Source: Bugula neritina (taxonomy: Eukaryota; Animalia; Bryozoa). From it: a stretch of 64,000 bases of DNA. Within the stretch, counting starts at the first letter, position 1; each line of letters begins with the position of its first letter. The stretch spans positions 21,545,119 through 21,609,118 of the forward strand of contig OZ037768.1 of assembly GCA_964035545.1 (NCBI GenBank), written 5' to 3'. The position numbers and the translations under genes were made by a program. A model generated the notes under the pieces. It saw nothing but the letters and a program-made list of their open reading frames with translations. It was not told where the DNA came from and did not search any database. This document shows, in pieces, positions 11,901 through 26,900 of the stretch.

Positions 11901-14900
11901 ATGTGTCAGCAGCTTCAAATGAGTCATCGAAATCATCAGCAGTTGGACACGCAGACAGACACAAAGACACACAGACAGACATACAGATACAGTTAGACAC
12001 AAAGACATACAGACAGACATACAGACAGACACAGTGCAGAGGTATACACAGGTAGACACACAGACAGACATATAAAACAAAAAGACACACATGCAAACAG
12101 GTAGACACAAAGACACACAGAGTGACACACATAAAGACGTACAGACACACAGACAGACACACATTTTGCAGACAGACATACAGACAGACTAACCTGGCAG
12201 CATACTGCTTGTTATGCAGCTGATTCAACCCAAACACATTGTACAGATGATGAAGTAAGACTTTCACTTGATTCAACAGAATCTTAGCGTAGGTCCAGCA
12301 CATGGTAATCAGTTCCTGCTTCTTGATATCAACTGTGGAGAGGGGGCTGGCTTTCCCACCCTTAATACCTGAGATTTTACTTGATGCCAAAGGGTACACC
12401 TTCCTCACATATTCGTGTATAGCATTGGCAAGCTGAAAGGTGATTATACTATTTATGTATGTGCAATACAAAATAGTAAAACCAATAAATTTATGTGAAA
12501 GTCTGCTAAAATGAAAAAAAGCATCACGCCCCCACACCCAAATTATTAAAAAATTAGGATAAAACATAGAAAATCAAGCAAAATTAGAAAACAACCTTTC
12601 TTATTCTGTTGTATTGTTAATATTTTATCAGTTTAATGCAAGAAACTATGTATATTAGCGGCTAAACTGTGAAAAATGGCTAAAAACCAGAGATATATAG
12701 TGTGTAATAAATTAAGTAAAATGACCCTAATATACTATTAAAGTCATCCAGGAATTTTAGAAAACAGAGGGCTTGAACAACATATTGGAGATAATAAATA
12801 CTTACATTGGTTACAAATTTTTCATCTACATCTTCGTTTAGTAGAGAATCTGGAAAAGTTACAGTATTATAGGAGTAGAGTGACCCGGCCCGATCTCTTT
12901 CACTGAACTGTGTGCCACCAGTGGCTACACTCTGATTCCTACAACCAACATGCTTTAGGTTTTGATTATAAATAAAGTAGGAGTTGTCCTCTTATAATAG
13001 AGAGAGCAACTCCAATTTATACAGTTGAGAAAATTAGTAAGTTATTGCATCACAGTTAACTGTGTGACCAGTACATTAATCACCTGTTTGCTCCTATTAT
13101 TGAATTTTGATGATCATATTTCACACATTATACTAACTCTGGTAGGATAGAATAATTTGACTAAGAATACGATTTAAAGTATCAAAATATATAATTATTA
13201 TACAATACTGTACAATATCTGATGGTTGCTGTGACGATTTATATAATGATATTAGCAATATTTCATCACATATTAGTATATTGTAATATTCAGTGTGTAC
13301 TTGTATACTAGGTATTATCTACTGTGTACCTGTAGGCTACTGTGTACCTGTATGCAAGGTTTTACCTGATCATAATATTCCTCAGGGAGACTATAATAGA
13401 TGGAGTTTTCTTCTTTATTGCTGACTCATCACTCACCATACGTCTGCTAAGCTCTTCCACTCTGAGCCTTAAACATCACACAACATTGTCTAGAGATGGT
13501 GAGACAAATCAGAACCCACATTGCTGAGACACAGCATGTCAAAACAATCAGCTGGCACTTTAACATTAATTTCCTCCAAGTACTCATCACCTACTGACAC
13601 CTGTTAACACCTACTGACACCTGTTAGCACCTACTGACACCTATTAACACCTACTGATGAAAAGGCATCACATGCATATAAATCTATCACAAAGAAATAG
13701 CTGCTTTGAAATAAAACCTGAAGTTACTCACATCTACTAAAAACAAGTGTAGACCACAAAATTGGTATTTTATAACCAGAATTATACATCAGAGGGCATC
13801 AGCCATGTGAAGATAAACTCATCATAACAAGCTTTCAAGACACTGGCAGTGTGGTTAGGGTAGTGTAAATATTTTGTATATACAAATCAGAGCTGGACAA
13901 TTTATAAACTCATAAAATATTTCTCTTACATCAACTAAAGAAAAGTGTTTTTGATAACATTTGGGCTGAGATCAACAATGTCATGAGATAAAGAATTGTC
14001 CAGAATTATACAAAACTCTTTAAACATATATCATATTTCATCCAAACATAAATTGATTTGCTCTCAGGTTTAATTATAATATTTAAATCAATATATAACA
14101 ACTGTAGAGTATAATAAAATAATTATTGCAGAATAAATATAATTATACTGCAATCTGTTGCAAATTGTCTTATAATTACTAAAAGGAAGTTACTTATATA
14201 ATTTAGAGTTGTGTGCTCTTAGCTAAGTGTAGGCCGTGTAGCCCACAGGAAATAGCTGAACTACTAGTTTGATGACAAAAGAGGGCACCTGTAAGCAGTC
14301 TGTCACCGCAGAGAGTGGAGTAAAAATGGCGACACATATGGGTGTCAGATATTCAAGCACCTCCTTAAAATTGTCATCCATTTATGGTGCTTACAAAAAA
14401 ATGCATGAACTTTAGATACTTTTCATCTATATAATGCCATTATTTAATGGTGAGTTTAGGAATATTACATAATTAGTGAAACATTTCTTCTACTAAATCC
14501 TATTCCGAATCTCGGTACTAGAGTAGCAAATTTGGAGAATATGTATTCTTTCAATTCCCAAATATTCAAAAATAATTATAATCATTGTTGTTCTTATACC
14601 TAAAAGAGATTTTCCTGCTATAAATAGTTGCTAAGCAAACTTGTATCTATGATTTAGAGCAGAAAAATAGGCAACACCCTTCAATAGAAGATAACTCTAG
14701 GCTAGTTGCCTAGTTGCTCTACATGAAATCTACCAGCAACCCATTCATTAGATAAATTCAAACAATTATTTTGTGTCCTTATTACTTTGTGGTTGTGATA
14801 ATGATAATGCAAGACGGCAATACAATGCTATGCTATCACAACTCTAACATGCCCCATGTTCAAAAAAATTCTTTTCCAGGGTCTAGAGGGGTGAAGCAGC

Positions 14901-17900
14901 TTATTCTCAAGAAATATAACTTGTTTATTTAAATGACTTGATAAATATTTGTAAAAAATTGTACTGCCAAATGACCATCACACATGCTTTGTTTTTGACT
15001 TTCTGCCTGTTTTTCAAGGTCAGTGTTAGGGTCATTGTAATATTATTTTGCCATGAAAATCAATTTGATGACTCAGCTATCAGGATCTTGATTCACTAGG
15101 GTGTCCAATCTATATGCCTAGTTCACAAAATCCTGTTAGAACAAGTAAATTGGCAAATTGGTCTATCTGCTTCTCGATACCATAAAAATGGGGATGGTGA
15201 TTTTGCTGTACAAGCTAATGTATCTAATACTGGTAGTTAAATATGTATTCCACTGAATCACTATGTAAAATAATTCCCCCACAGGGATTCAAACCACAGA
15301 CCTCTGGCTTGCAAGCAGGGGCTACTGGGTAACTCAACACTACACACTAGTAGCAATGTATTTCACCTTTACCTCACCTTAAAGCTGAACATGTTTTGAC
15401 TAGAAATAAGTGAAACAGAAGTTTCATAAGAAAAATTACACAATATTAGATTTCACCGCTGTAGGCATGGATAGCTAATCAAATGATTAAAGCTACAGCA
15501 TGTATGGGTTTAGCAGAAGGCTTTCATGCATGCTTTATTTCGAAAGTCTTTTTATCAAAAAAAAAACGTAGCTCATATGGGCTAACCACAGCGACTGTTC
15601 ACATAACCACAGACAAGATGGCCCGTAACCCTCACCACTGGATACATCCCCAATCAATTAACTCATGTAGGAGCAGTTATAGTTCTTCAATTTTATTGTC
15701 AAATTTTAGTTTGGGGCGCGAGTTGAAATTCTCACGAGGACATAACTTCATATGCTACATTTCTAATTTAGAACACAGGCTTTTCTCAATTTCTCTATTA
15801 CTGGTAGGTTTTCAACCAGGCGGCCTATGAGATGGTCCTGTACAAAGTAATGTTAGACTATAATGTCCGGAAACTAGACTTAGCTGTTTAGAACTCTTGA
15901 GCAGCTCCTCAATACCACAGTCTGCACTCGAATTCCCCTCAGCATGAGAACAGTCGACCACAAAAAACTTTATCTGAAGTGGGAAAAATTCTGTAGCTGT
16001 TTGAATAGCCATATTGACAATTTCCTAACTATTAGTCTACCAACCAAAGTAATTGGTTACCAAATACAGCTTTCCACAATGTTAATGACCTCTAGAAAAG
16101 GGTAGTTTTCAAAAGTATAGTTTAGCTGGCTAAGATCAGGTTATAGGTGCAATAATGGAACAATTGAGAAAAGCCTATGTTCTAGACTAGAAATGAAGCA
16201 AAAGAAGTTATGTTCTCACAAGAACTTCTACCACTCCCCAAACCAAAATTCAATCAAAATATCAAAGAACTTCCAATAGCTCGATTTCTCCACTACTGCT
16301 CTTAAATGGAGCTAAGATCAGTCTTAGTCTGTACTAGAATCAATGCCAACTCCAGTAACTCATGGAGAGGGGGGGGGGTATAGGTGGGACTGCACTACTA
16401 TAGTTTCACATGACAACTTGACCAGCAGCATAGGTGACCAGGCCAACCCTTATATCAATGCTTACTCAAAGCTGCTTCTTTGTTCCACAGACAAACACGG
16501 CTAGGACAATCACCCTTGAATAACTATACCTAGTACCTCCATTTCTTTATGTTTTGATCTTAGATAGGGGTGGGATATACTAGTTAGCTAAGACACAAAC
16601 TGCGAATAAAACTTTTGGTTTTTAGTATCTACCCCTGTGAGAACCCCTGATGGTGTCTCCACCTCTGTGAGAACCCCTGATGGTGTCTCAACCCTTAATG
16701 ATATCTCTACCCCTGTGAGAACCCCTGATGGTGTCTCAATCTTTGAGAGAACCCCTGATGGTGTCTCAACCCTTAATGATATCTCTACCCCTGTGAGAAC
16801 CCCTGATGGTGTCTCAATCTTTGAGAGAACCCCTGATGGTGTCTCAACCCTTAATGATGTCTCCACCCCTGTGAGAACCCCTGATGGTATGAGTTTTTAT
16901 AAGCAGCATAGGCCTTGATTTTACTGTGGCACAGGGACAATTATGACAAACTAAAATGTGTTGAATATCGAGCATGACCCACAACTGTCTCACACTGAAG
17001 TAGCGTAAACACTGTGTTGGAATGATACATAATCCAATTATGCTGATTTTAAATTTAACTAATTTTTTTAGTACTAAATGACTCAACATGAATGAAAGAG
17101 GTAAATGCAGTAATGGAGAAATTAAGAAAAGCCTGTGTTCTAGATTAGAAATGTGGGAAAAGAACTTATTTTCAACTAGCACCTCAAACCAAAATTAAAA
17201 AGCTTAGGTTATTTCAATGTTTCCATTACTGTCCCTAAATCAAATAGAAACAAATGATTTCTTTAGTGTGGACAGCACTTACAATCAACAACTCTGTATA
17301 TTGTCCACTAAAGCAAGTTTGGTTTACCACAAAATGTCATATTGCATCAGTATTGTAAAACATATAATGTAGCAAAAAGCTAAGGGAAATTCAGTTGTAT
17401 TAATCTAAATGAACTGGCCCATATATTTTACATCAACCTAGCTTAGAGATTCTTGTGCTGATATAATGTACTGAATATACAACACAGACCTCTTCACAGC
17501 CCTTTTCCTCTTCAATAGATGTAGGAATGGAAAGAACTCAGAGTTTCTCTTCAAAGCACTCTCATTGCTGACTTCAATGTGCTGACAGCTACAGTTACAC
17601 GTCTGAATTGTTATTTGCTGCCTCTCATCTTTTCTTCCATCTCTTTCTTCAACTCCATTTCTCCTGCCAGCTCCCTATAACAGTCATCATAAGTTGAGCA
17701 ATTGTTTATGATATAATATAGCAATATTACTGTAATATAATATAATGTAATGTAAAAAAACATACCATAGTAAAATATTGTTATAATAATATAATAATGT
17801 ATTAATAATACAATATAATACAATATTATTAATATAATAGGCTTATAATATAATTATAATGCAATATAACAATAATATAACAGGCTGCCTATCACAACAC

Positions 17901-20900
17901 CAAGGTATGTTGACTGCCATTGGAAATTATAGTTAGAGGCTGTGAAATAGTGCCTTATATATACCTGCGTGTTGATTTTTGTTATTTTTGGCATAATATT
18001 CAAAGAACAGCAAATGGAATTAGTACCCTAACTGTGCAGCATATGAGAACGGGATTTCTGGCTTATTATATTTTATAAGCTATTCTTTCTTTCAGTTTTT
18101 ATAAAAAACGTGGCTAGTATGGGTCAGCAAGCTTTTAGAAACTAGTTCAAAGGGTTTTCTGAACAAGCAATAAGGAAGAATGTAGACTTTTTTTAAACCC
18201 TTCAATAATATTCTATTACATAAGAGAGATGTGAAAGAAATGTTGATAACACCAACAGGCGAAGTTAGTATTATTCCAACGAAAATTAAACTTATAAAAA
18301 AATGTTTCACTGCTTTCATGCATAGCCGAAACATTAGTATAAAAGTTGACATAATGCATAACAACTCTTGAAGACATGGCTACTAGTTTATCAGCCACAG
18401 ATCTGTTCTGAGGAGATGCTCTACTTCTGTGAAGGAAATCTGCAATAGCCCGTGAATCCCAAAGCATCTGTAATATGCTATAGTGAGAGGGGCATAGGGG
18501 GAGAGCTTCCCTAAAGGTCAATTTATCTGCCCACCAAGTAAAAAAACCATAAAAAGTACACATGCTAATTTCTATGGTTTGAGTTGATGCCCTTTAATGA
18601 CAAAGACAGATATAAAACCACAGAGACTAACAAGAAGTTTTTTCTAGCTTAAAACCATCTTTTGATGTTGAAGACAATTCTATTTTTTGAAGTTTATAAT
18701 TTCAAGGCTGAGCTGTATTTTGATTTCAGCTATATTTTAATTTAGACTTACTCCAAGGCCAGTTTGAACAATATTATAGGGTATTACAACCCACCCCCCA
18801 CCATATTGGAAAGTTACTGCCTTCTCTTTTTTTTATTATTGCAAGTCATTGAGAAATTTCCATTGAATATTTTACAATATTTTGCAAAAATTGATTATCA
18901 ACATTAACAACCATGAGCTCTTCACAATGATATAATAATTTTACTAAAATGCTAATAGCTAACAAAAAGGGAAGACACATGCACCCAGTGGCTGACAGTG
19001 ACTGAGTTTGTCTGCTACTGTCATCAGGCTTTGATTACTGCATTCCTGTGGTACCGGATACTAAATCAGCTGATGGGCTGTTAGCTAGTACTAATTTCAA
19101 CAGATTAGAATAATTTAATTTGTCAACCACTACAATATTATACAATCATAATGCTCTCACCCACTTATCATGGATGAAAAATTAATTTGGAACCAGCTGG
19201 TTGTTGGCAAAAATTGGGGGTCAAGGTGATATTTACTCTGGACAGAATTTTTGAAGAATTTTGTAGCAGTTTGAGATATTGTTTTAGTTAATTCATTACA
19301 ATTATTTTAAGGATTTATTTTTGGAAATTAAAAAAAAACAAAAACCTCATAAGTTTATAAATGGTAATTTTTCTTAATACCCATAGGGATGCAAAAAATT
19401 CCCATAATATTTATTTTAGAAAAGACAGTTTAACAAACATCCATTTGAATCCAAAGGAAGTTAGCAGCGTATACTACAGTAGATACTGTGCTACTAGTAG
19501 TTCTAGTATTATACTGCAGGATCATTATTTCATACTGCCAGCTACATTTACTACATAAGAGTGTTGCAATGCTGTTTTAGTAGTGTTATCCTTGCTAATT
19601 TAATACAAGGCTCTACACAATTACATGATATTAATGCGTTGGGTAATTTAACCAACGTAAACCATCCTTTCTGAAGGTTGCAACACACTAGTAACTGTTG
19701 CACCAGTTTAAAGCCCTCCAAGTTGATGGCAGAATCTGATGACACATAGTAACCCGAAATCAGGGTCATTCAAATGCTGCCTTGCTTTAGAATTCCATTG
19801 TTTATACAACCGCGGGTAGAGGGAGCAAAACACGAGGTGAAAGCATGTGAGAGACTAAGCCGGCTACGTACTTCGACTACTACGAGTATTGCATACCGGC
19901 GCGCTTCGCCTACCGTAAAACCTCATCATTTCCCCAGCTACTAGACAAGGTCATTTTGAAATTGCTTCAGATTTTGTAATCTGCCTATTGAGCCTGAGTT
20001 AATGATTCACATTAAACAACAAACAGAGCACTTTTTCAAACTCACAAACAAGAAAAAAATAGTTAGAAGCTTTTAAACCGGTTGCTTGAGTGCTATTCAA
20101 GTTGAAACCACAGACTAAGGAGAGTCTGAGTAGAACAAAATAGCACAAGGCACCTTCTTGAAATTATAATTTGTAACTGGCAGTTAGTAACTGAGAATTA
20201 TCGCGTAGAGAATTGAATTATTTTAGAAACTATACAAAGAAACAAAAACAAATCCACCTTATGCTACGGGTAGATGATTGGAAAAACAAGGTTGTTTGTT
20301 TGCTGGCATTTTTTATTATTGCAAGTCATTGAGAAACTTCCATTCAATATTTTACAATACTTGGCAAAACTTGACCATCAACTGTAACAACCATGAGCTC
20401 TTCACAATGATATAATAATCATACTGTTTATTACAACATGGTTTGTAGTAAGTCTCTTAAAACTTTTACGTTATGTAAAACTTAAATACTTTAACCACCA
20501 TTTAAACATATTATGTAAAGCAACCTTTGTGACCAAAGAAAAATTAAAGAGAAGTATGCATAAGAACAAAGCCAGAAAAAAACAAAGGCGCATAAACAAA
20601 AGATCCCCTAATAATATTTGCTGGCTAGCGTGGCATTTTATCGAGGTTATACTGTAGACAGTCTACTTTTGTTCTCGACTATGGTTAAAGACTGCTAAGG
20701 CAAACATCTAACCAATAGAAACGCTTGGCTCCACCCATTGTGAGGCAAAAACGAGTTCTTACTTTGACACGTGAATTGGAAAATCTTGATAGTCTGACGA
20801 AAACATAGAAAGAAATATATCTGAAGAAGCAGATACAGATACAAAGTTACCTAAAAGCTGGAATTTAGTAGGTTTGATAATATCATAAAAGAAATAAAAG

Positions 20901-23900
20901 AAAAATCTTCAGCATTTTCATCATGGGAGTTCGTCTACCTGAAAACTTTTGGGACCACGATGGCCCATTTTCATGGATCCTGCTAATTTTAATGGTATTT
21001 AACAGTACAATGGTGGGGTTACTATACACAGTAATAGCTGTGATGACCAACGAGTACCCTGAACTTCTTCACATCGACACAGCACAAGCAAATCTCGTAG
21101 GATCGGTGTTGCTGGGAACATTTCTAGCCACAGGTAAGCAGCTATTTGGTAACACGATTTATTATTTATTTTTACTACATAAAATATTATAAAATATAAA
21201 ATTGTAGGAACAACGACAGTCCAGTAATACCAATTATTTTTTTATTTTACCTATAACTCACACCATGGCTATAAAAAGTCTATAACTATAGTTCAAGTTT
21301 TCATACTTCAACCATAGTCAGTGGCATAAACCTGGATCTTAAAACAGTTAGGTGTTTTGTTAAGCATGCAGTAACTGAGTAAGTTAACAAGCAAACACAA
21401 TGGAAATAATACAACAGTGCTTTATGATGATATCTACTCTTTGTTTCAGCATAATTTACTCTATTTGATGTAGCTAGACCAGCAAATGTTTGCCCAGCCT
21501 AATTTGTAAGGTACTGCTAATAGTAATACTAAGAATGCAGTAAGTGTAAGTAAATTTACTAATTCCGAAAGCTTAGTACGAAATTATTCCTGCTGTAAAC
21601 TATAACAGTGTATAATTACTTCTAAGTGCAGTAGATCTTTTCGCTAAAATATCTTCACACAGAGAGGGGGTGTCCATACTAAAGGTTGTGGAATTATTCT
21701 AAGTCAATGGAGCTACAAGAATAAATTGATTTTCAAATAATATTTTTATGTTTTTTTTTTTCTGATATATTTACTTCCATTGGGTTACTCTTGAATGAAT
21801 TTAGTTGAAAATAAATGTGTGAGCTATATTTCACCGTCACAAAAAGAATAAATTACTAACTTTATGTTTCTGGTCATCCGGGAAATATAACGTATCTAAG
21901 TTTATAAGGTATGATTGTTGAACGCATATAATACCATAGGAATATCAAGGTTATGTATTTTTTGAGAGTACATGGAATTTTGTTGGAAAAGGTTGCATAA
22001 GCCAGTAGACACGAAGCCTAAAGGTCAACATAATGTCAAATGTCTAGTCACTCCCCAGCAGGCCAGGGAGATGCTTGGTAACCACAACTTAGATTTGTTC
22101 AAACAAAATTATAAGTGACAATCAACTCAGATTTAATTTTATCCACCTATCATAGGAATATGTCAAAATGGGAAACTTGTACACAATGGGACGTAACAGA
22201 GTCTTTTTAACATTGCGTCTTATAATTGCTGCAAAAAAAAACATTGACAATTTTTACCAAGAAACCTTGAAAAAGTATGTATGAGAAAAGCAGCAAATAA
22301 TTGTTTACATTCTGGGATACCTTGAAACATCCTTTGACTGTTGACAGTTAGGTTTGTTTATTTTGGGGAGGGGGTACAAGATGATTTAAATATGTTTGGG
22401 CTATTTTAATTTCTAAATATTTGTTTACCCAGGCCTCTTACGATCAATGGGTGAATATTTCTGAATTTACATCCAAAAAAAAAAACAATTCTTTAAAAGA
22501 ATTTTGTTGGTAAAATATTTTCTGTAGTAAGAAAATTAGAATTGCTAAGCATTAAATTCAATGGCTGTGGTCTTTTCGATAGTGGCTCAATAAGAACATG
22601 CATGCTATGAATCTATCTCTATGAAAATCTTCAACCCCAAACAGTGAAAAGATAACTCTAAAATCATCACTATACCCAAGATTCAACTAAGGTCCTAGCT
22701 CAACAAATATCAAAGCAAATTTCTGAACCTTGGAAACAAATTTGTGCAGTGCACGTAGAATGCAAAATAACTACACAAGAAATATAATTGGTTAGTTGAA
22801 GGAGAGATGCCTGCTGCTCTTACATGTACTGAATGACCTCAAAATTACACCAACTGCCCTCAATAGTTGTCATTCTGTTCTCACCTCTGTTACTATTAAA
22901 AGCATGTTAATGCAAGCTAAAAGGGTAAAGAGGGTAAAAAGATGAGGTAGGCTACGCAGGTGATGTTACTATGTAAATATTACTATACTGGTACTGTGAA
23001 ATTATTACTGCTAGAATACGGTTTAACCAACCGTTCAAATCCTGAGATTATAGCTGAATTTATTCTTCCCTAACTTATTAAATACAATTTATTTATTTCT
23101 TTTACGATAAGAGAGATAACTAATAAACCATGATAATAAAAAAAAACATAAAGCATTCTATAAATAGCCATGAATATAACATTTCATCAAACAATTTGTC
23201 AACAAAAAAAGCAATCAAGTTACAAAATTTATCAAAACATTCCATAAACTTAAGTTGAATCACTGCAAGACAGACATGCCTCATTTGTTTTAACATCAAA
23301 TTTTGTTTTGGATAACAAAATCAATTTCACGGAATTGTGATATTTCTACACTCTCTGACCAGGTAACTGGAAAGTTTTCCTATAAATACACATTTTCTGT
23401 GGTGCCAGTGCCACAAATCAACACATTTCCTCTACGAAGAAATTCCTACCAGGTTGGCATTATTTTAAGCCAGGTTATGAATGACTTGCCATCCTACAGT
23501 TGATATATAGTATGTGTTACGGTTGTGTGTGCAGCCCCATGCTGTTACCTTTCACTACTTATAGGATGTCATTATTACGAAAGTGTATATCTCTTAAGTT
23601 GCCAAGTTATGCAACATTATAGACATCTGTAGATTTATGCATATATTTAATGGCATATTGGTTTGATCACTTTTTGGCCCACGACTTTTGAGAATGAAAA
23701 ATGTTTGTTTACCAGAAAAGTTGGTCAACAAAGAAGTAAAATGGCTTTGATTATTTTAGACTGTTGATCAATTTTAGTTCATTGAAAAATTGGCAAAGGT
23801 ATATATAGCTGATAACCTTTTACAAGTTTAATAGCATTTCAAAAATATCGATTTTAAGATAAAAGTAAAAGTTCAGGGATTTTATAGTGTTTATCTAACA

Positions 23901-26900
23901 TGCAGACATGTTTTGCGTTGAAAATGCTATTTTAACAGCATTAGGTAGTATTTTTGATGCTAAATTTCTATTTTGCTTTATTGTAGTGCCAATAAACGCT
24001 CTGCTGGTGTCTACATTCAGCCTCAGAATCTGTTCTGGTGTGGGATCTGTACTAGCTATTGCCGGAGTTCTCTCCTCCGCATTTGCCTTCAAACTCTGGT
24101 TTCTAATAGTTGGATTCTCATTATTTGCAGGTAATCATTATAGATATTCTTTAGCTCATCTAGTAGTAGATATTTAGCTTGACTTTAGTAAAATGAACTT
24201 TATACTATGATATGATGTTTAATTTGAACAGGCATAATTTTCCACGTTTTTATTACATTTGAGTGTGCATTTACCACTTTCTTGAACAGATACAAAGTAC
24301 AAACTTGATATTAAGAATTATGTACTCATTGATGGGAAAGACAACTCTAATTTTGATTTTGGGTTTATACTTTAGATCACAGCATGCAATAACATTGTTG
24401 TTGCATTTTGTGAATGGCCCAATCTTGTCCATTTTTTGTGGTGCGAATGCAAAGCTATTTCAAAACCTACCATTATAAAAGCATGATTACGAAACTATCT
24501 GCTTTGTGTGTACCTAGACCGCCAGATGCTAGAAGCTTGAGTCATGACCATCTTGCATGCCAAGCCTAGCCAGAAATAAATAACTCGTAGGGATGACTTT
24601 ACAGTCACTTGTTCTTTAACATGTTAGTGATAAAAATACTCAAGTGAATGTTTCTAAACTGAGTGCTGGCCACTCCTGCCCATGTATTTGACATTGATAC
24701 GAAATTGGGTTTACATAGCTGCTTCTATTTTTATCCATAAACTTGTGAAAGTGTGGTGCTGTGATATTAATGCTAATAGTATATGCTGTTTGCCAACAGG
24801 TTATGGAGTGAGCATGCTATGGACTGCTACCATCAAAATAGTGCCGCACTATTTCAAGAAGAGGCAGAAAATGGCGTATATGGCAACAGGCATAGGCTAT
24901 GGCATGGGTAGAGCTATATTCCCCTTCATCATTGAAGCCATCCTAGAACAAACCACCTATAGAAACACAATGCTCTACACCACAATATTCTTTGGACTCT
25001 CCCTCACAGCTCCCATATTCTACAGGGAGCAGCTACCAAAAGAAAAACCGAAATCCGCTAAAAGTTTAATAAAATCCTACACGCACCCATTGAGAAGGTA
25101 TATAGCACCATTTCACCTGGCCAATGGCTACCTGTGGAACGCAGAGTTGACAGGGGTAGCTGTGATTCTGTTCACCTACATTGATCACACCACTGAGGGG
25201 GAGCGCGTCGCTGCCACTGTACAAACCATCAACGGTGTGGCGCAGATGGTTGGTGCTATCGGACTCACTCTGCTCCTCATGAAAGTCAAACTGAACCACT
25301 ACATCTTGCAGATTGTCTTCAACTTGCTCATTGGCTGCGTATGCTTCCTGATTGGTGCTTACAACAATGTCTACTCATTCTATGTTAGTGCCGGTATTCT
25401 TGGCCTTATGGAGGCAATAATGGTTGGCAACATTACGTGCGTCTGTCACCATTTGTATCCAGAGAAAGACGTTGTCTATGCATTCGGCTTCCATGAGACA
25501 ATGGGAGGCATTGCCGGGTTCGTGGCCCCCTACACTGCTGGACTTCTGCAGGAGAAATATGGATTTAATGTCGGATTCTATTACTTGGGCTGTAATTCTA
25601 TACTGGGTGGTGTAGTGTTTATCATCGCTGGACTCGGCAGGAAGTCAACGTGGAAACACAGGCCCGTGGAGAGCGAAGAGCCGAGCCCAACGGACACGGA
25701 GGCATCTACAGGGGAGCCGGAGAAAAAGAGTGTATCTGACATAGATGATTCATCCCCAGAAATTTCACCCAACGATGTCAAGTTTGTTGAGAGCAATGGG
25801 CACACGTCGACAGCGGAAGACACAGATTCGGCAGCCGATAAGACGGCAGCAGACAACCCAACATACATAGACGATACAACCAAACTCTGATAACCAAACT
25901 TTGTAATTGACAATCACGCTGACTTAGCGAAAGTGTATGCATTACCGTTGAAGGGACTTATGGGCTATGTAAAAGCATGAACATATGATATACCCGAATG
26001 CATAAACACTATCATAACAATATGAATAAAACTTAATAATTTATACACATAACCTGTTTCATTATGTTAAATTGTTTATAGTTTGTATAGAACTATGTTT
26101 CAAAAGATATTATGCTCAGTATAATAAAAATGTTTTCAATTTAATTTTGATATGTGCAAAAATAAAATATCTTAACACCTTATAAGTTATTATAAATGTG
26201 TACACCAATCACTGCAAAATTCTATTGTTTATTGTTATAGCAGACATTTTGGCAAGGTTTCAAACTGCCCAGGGTAACCCATTGCTCCGCTGCACAAATA
26301 CAACTTTAGGTGCTGAGGCTATAGTATAATTCTGCATAGCTCAAGTTCATAATTTTTGGCTTAGATTGTATAACTTCTCCTGCTACAACTATCTAATAGA
26401 ACTCTGGATATTTGAAAAATTGCAACTACCCTACTTTCACATTTAGAACCAATATTTATTTTAAATGTAATACTTCTTTAACAGATGGATATAATATATT
26501 ATAATGACAATTCACAAACAAATGAAATTAATTGAATGTTTACAACTATATTTTCATTTTTCAACTCTTCTGTTATTCCCAAAAATCAGAATACTAACAA
26601 CAATCAATAGCTAAGCTCCTAGAAGGGTGAGGTACATCCCCTCACCCTTCTACCTCCACCCCACCCTCCAAGTAGCAAACACTATTTTGGTGTATGACCC
26701 TACGCTATGAACTGAGACACACTGATGGCACATTAACCTATAACAACCAAGAGATGAAAGAGTGTTTGGTATTTCATTCAAGTGTTGGAATCTAGATTTG
26801 CCATCAAAAGATGGAGTTACATTAAACTTGAACAATTGAATGCAGGTATTAAGCTGAGGTATAAATATCCTGTGAATATTGTACCTTTTATTTTGTAAAC

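Noticed and set aside
11794-11945. Possible extra GSAP exon (ADDFDDSFEAADT, followed by GTGAGT)
   Set aside because: No AG acceptor upstream, and inclusion would break phase; the flanking exons join in frame without it.
16588-16918. Repetitive peptide ORFs on both strands; superficially CRISPR-like repeats
   Set aside because: The spacers are themselves repeated, the unit derives from a SINE, the context is eukaryotic and there are no cas genes.
18092-18563. Two overlapping minus-strand ORFs, possible transposase remnant
   Set aside because: No recognisable motifs or splice-compatible structure.
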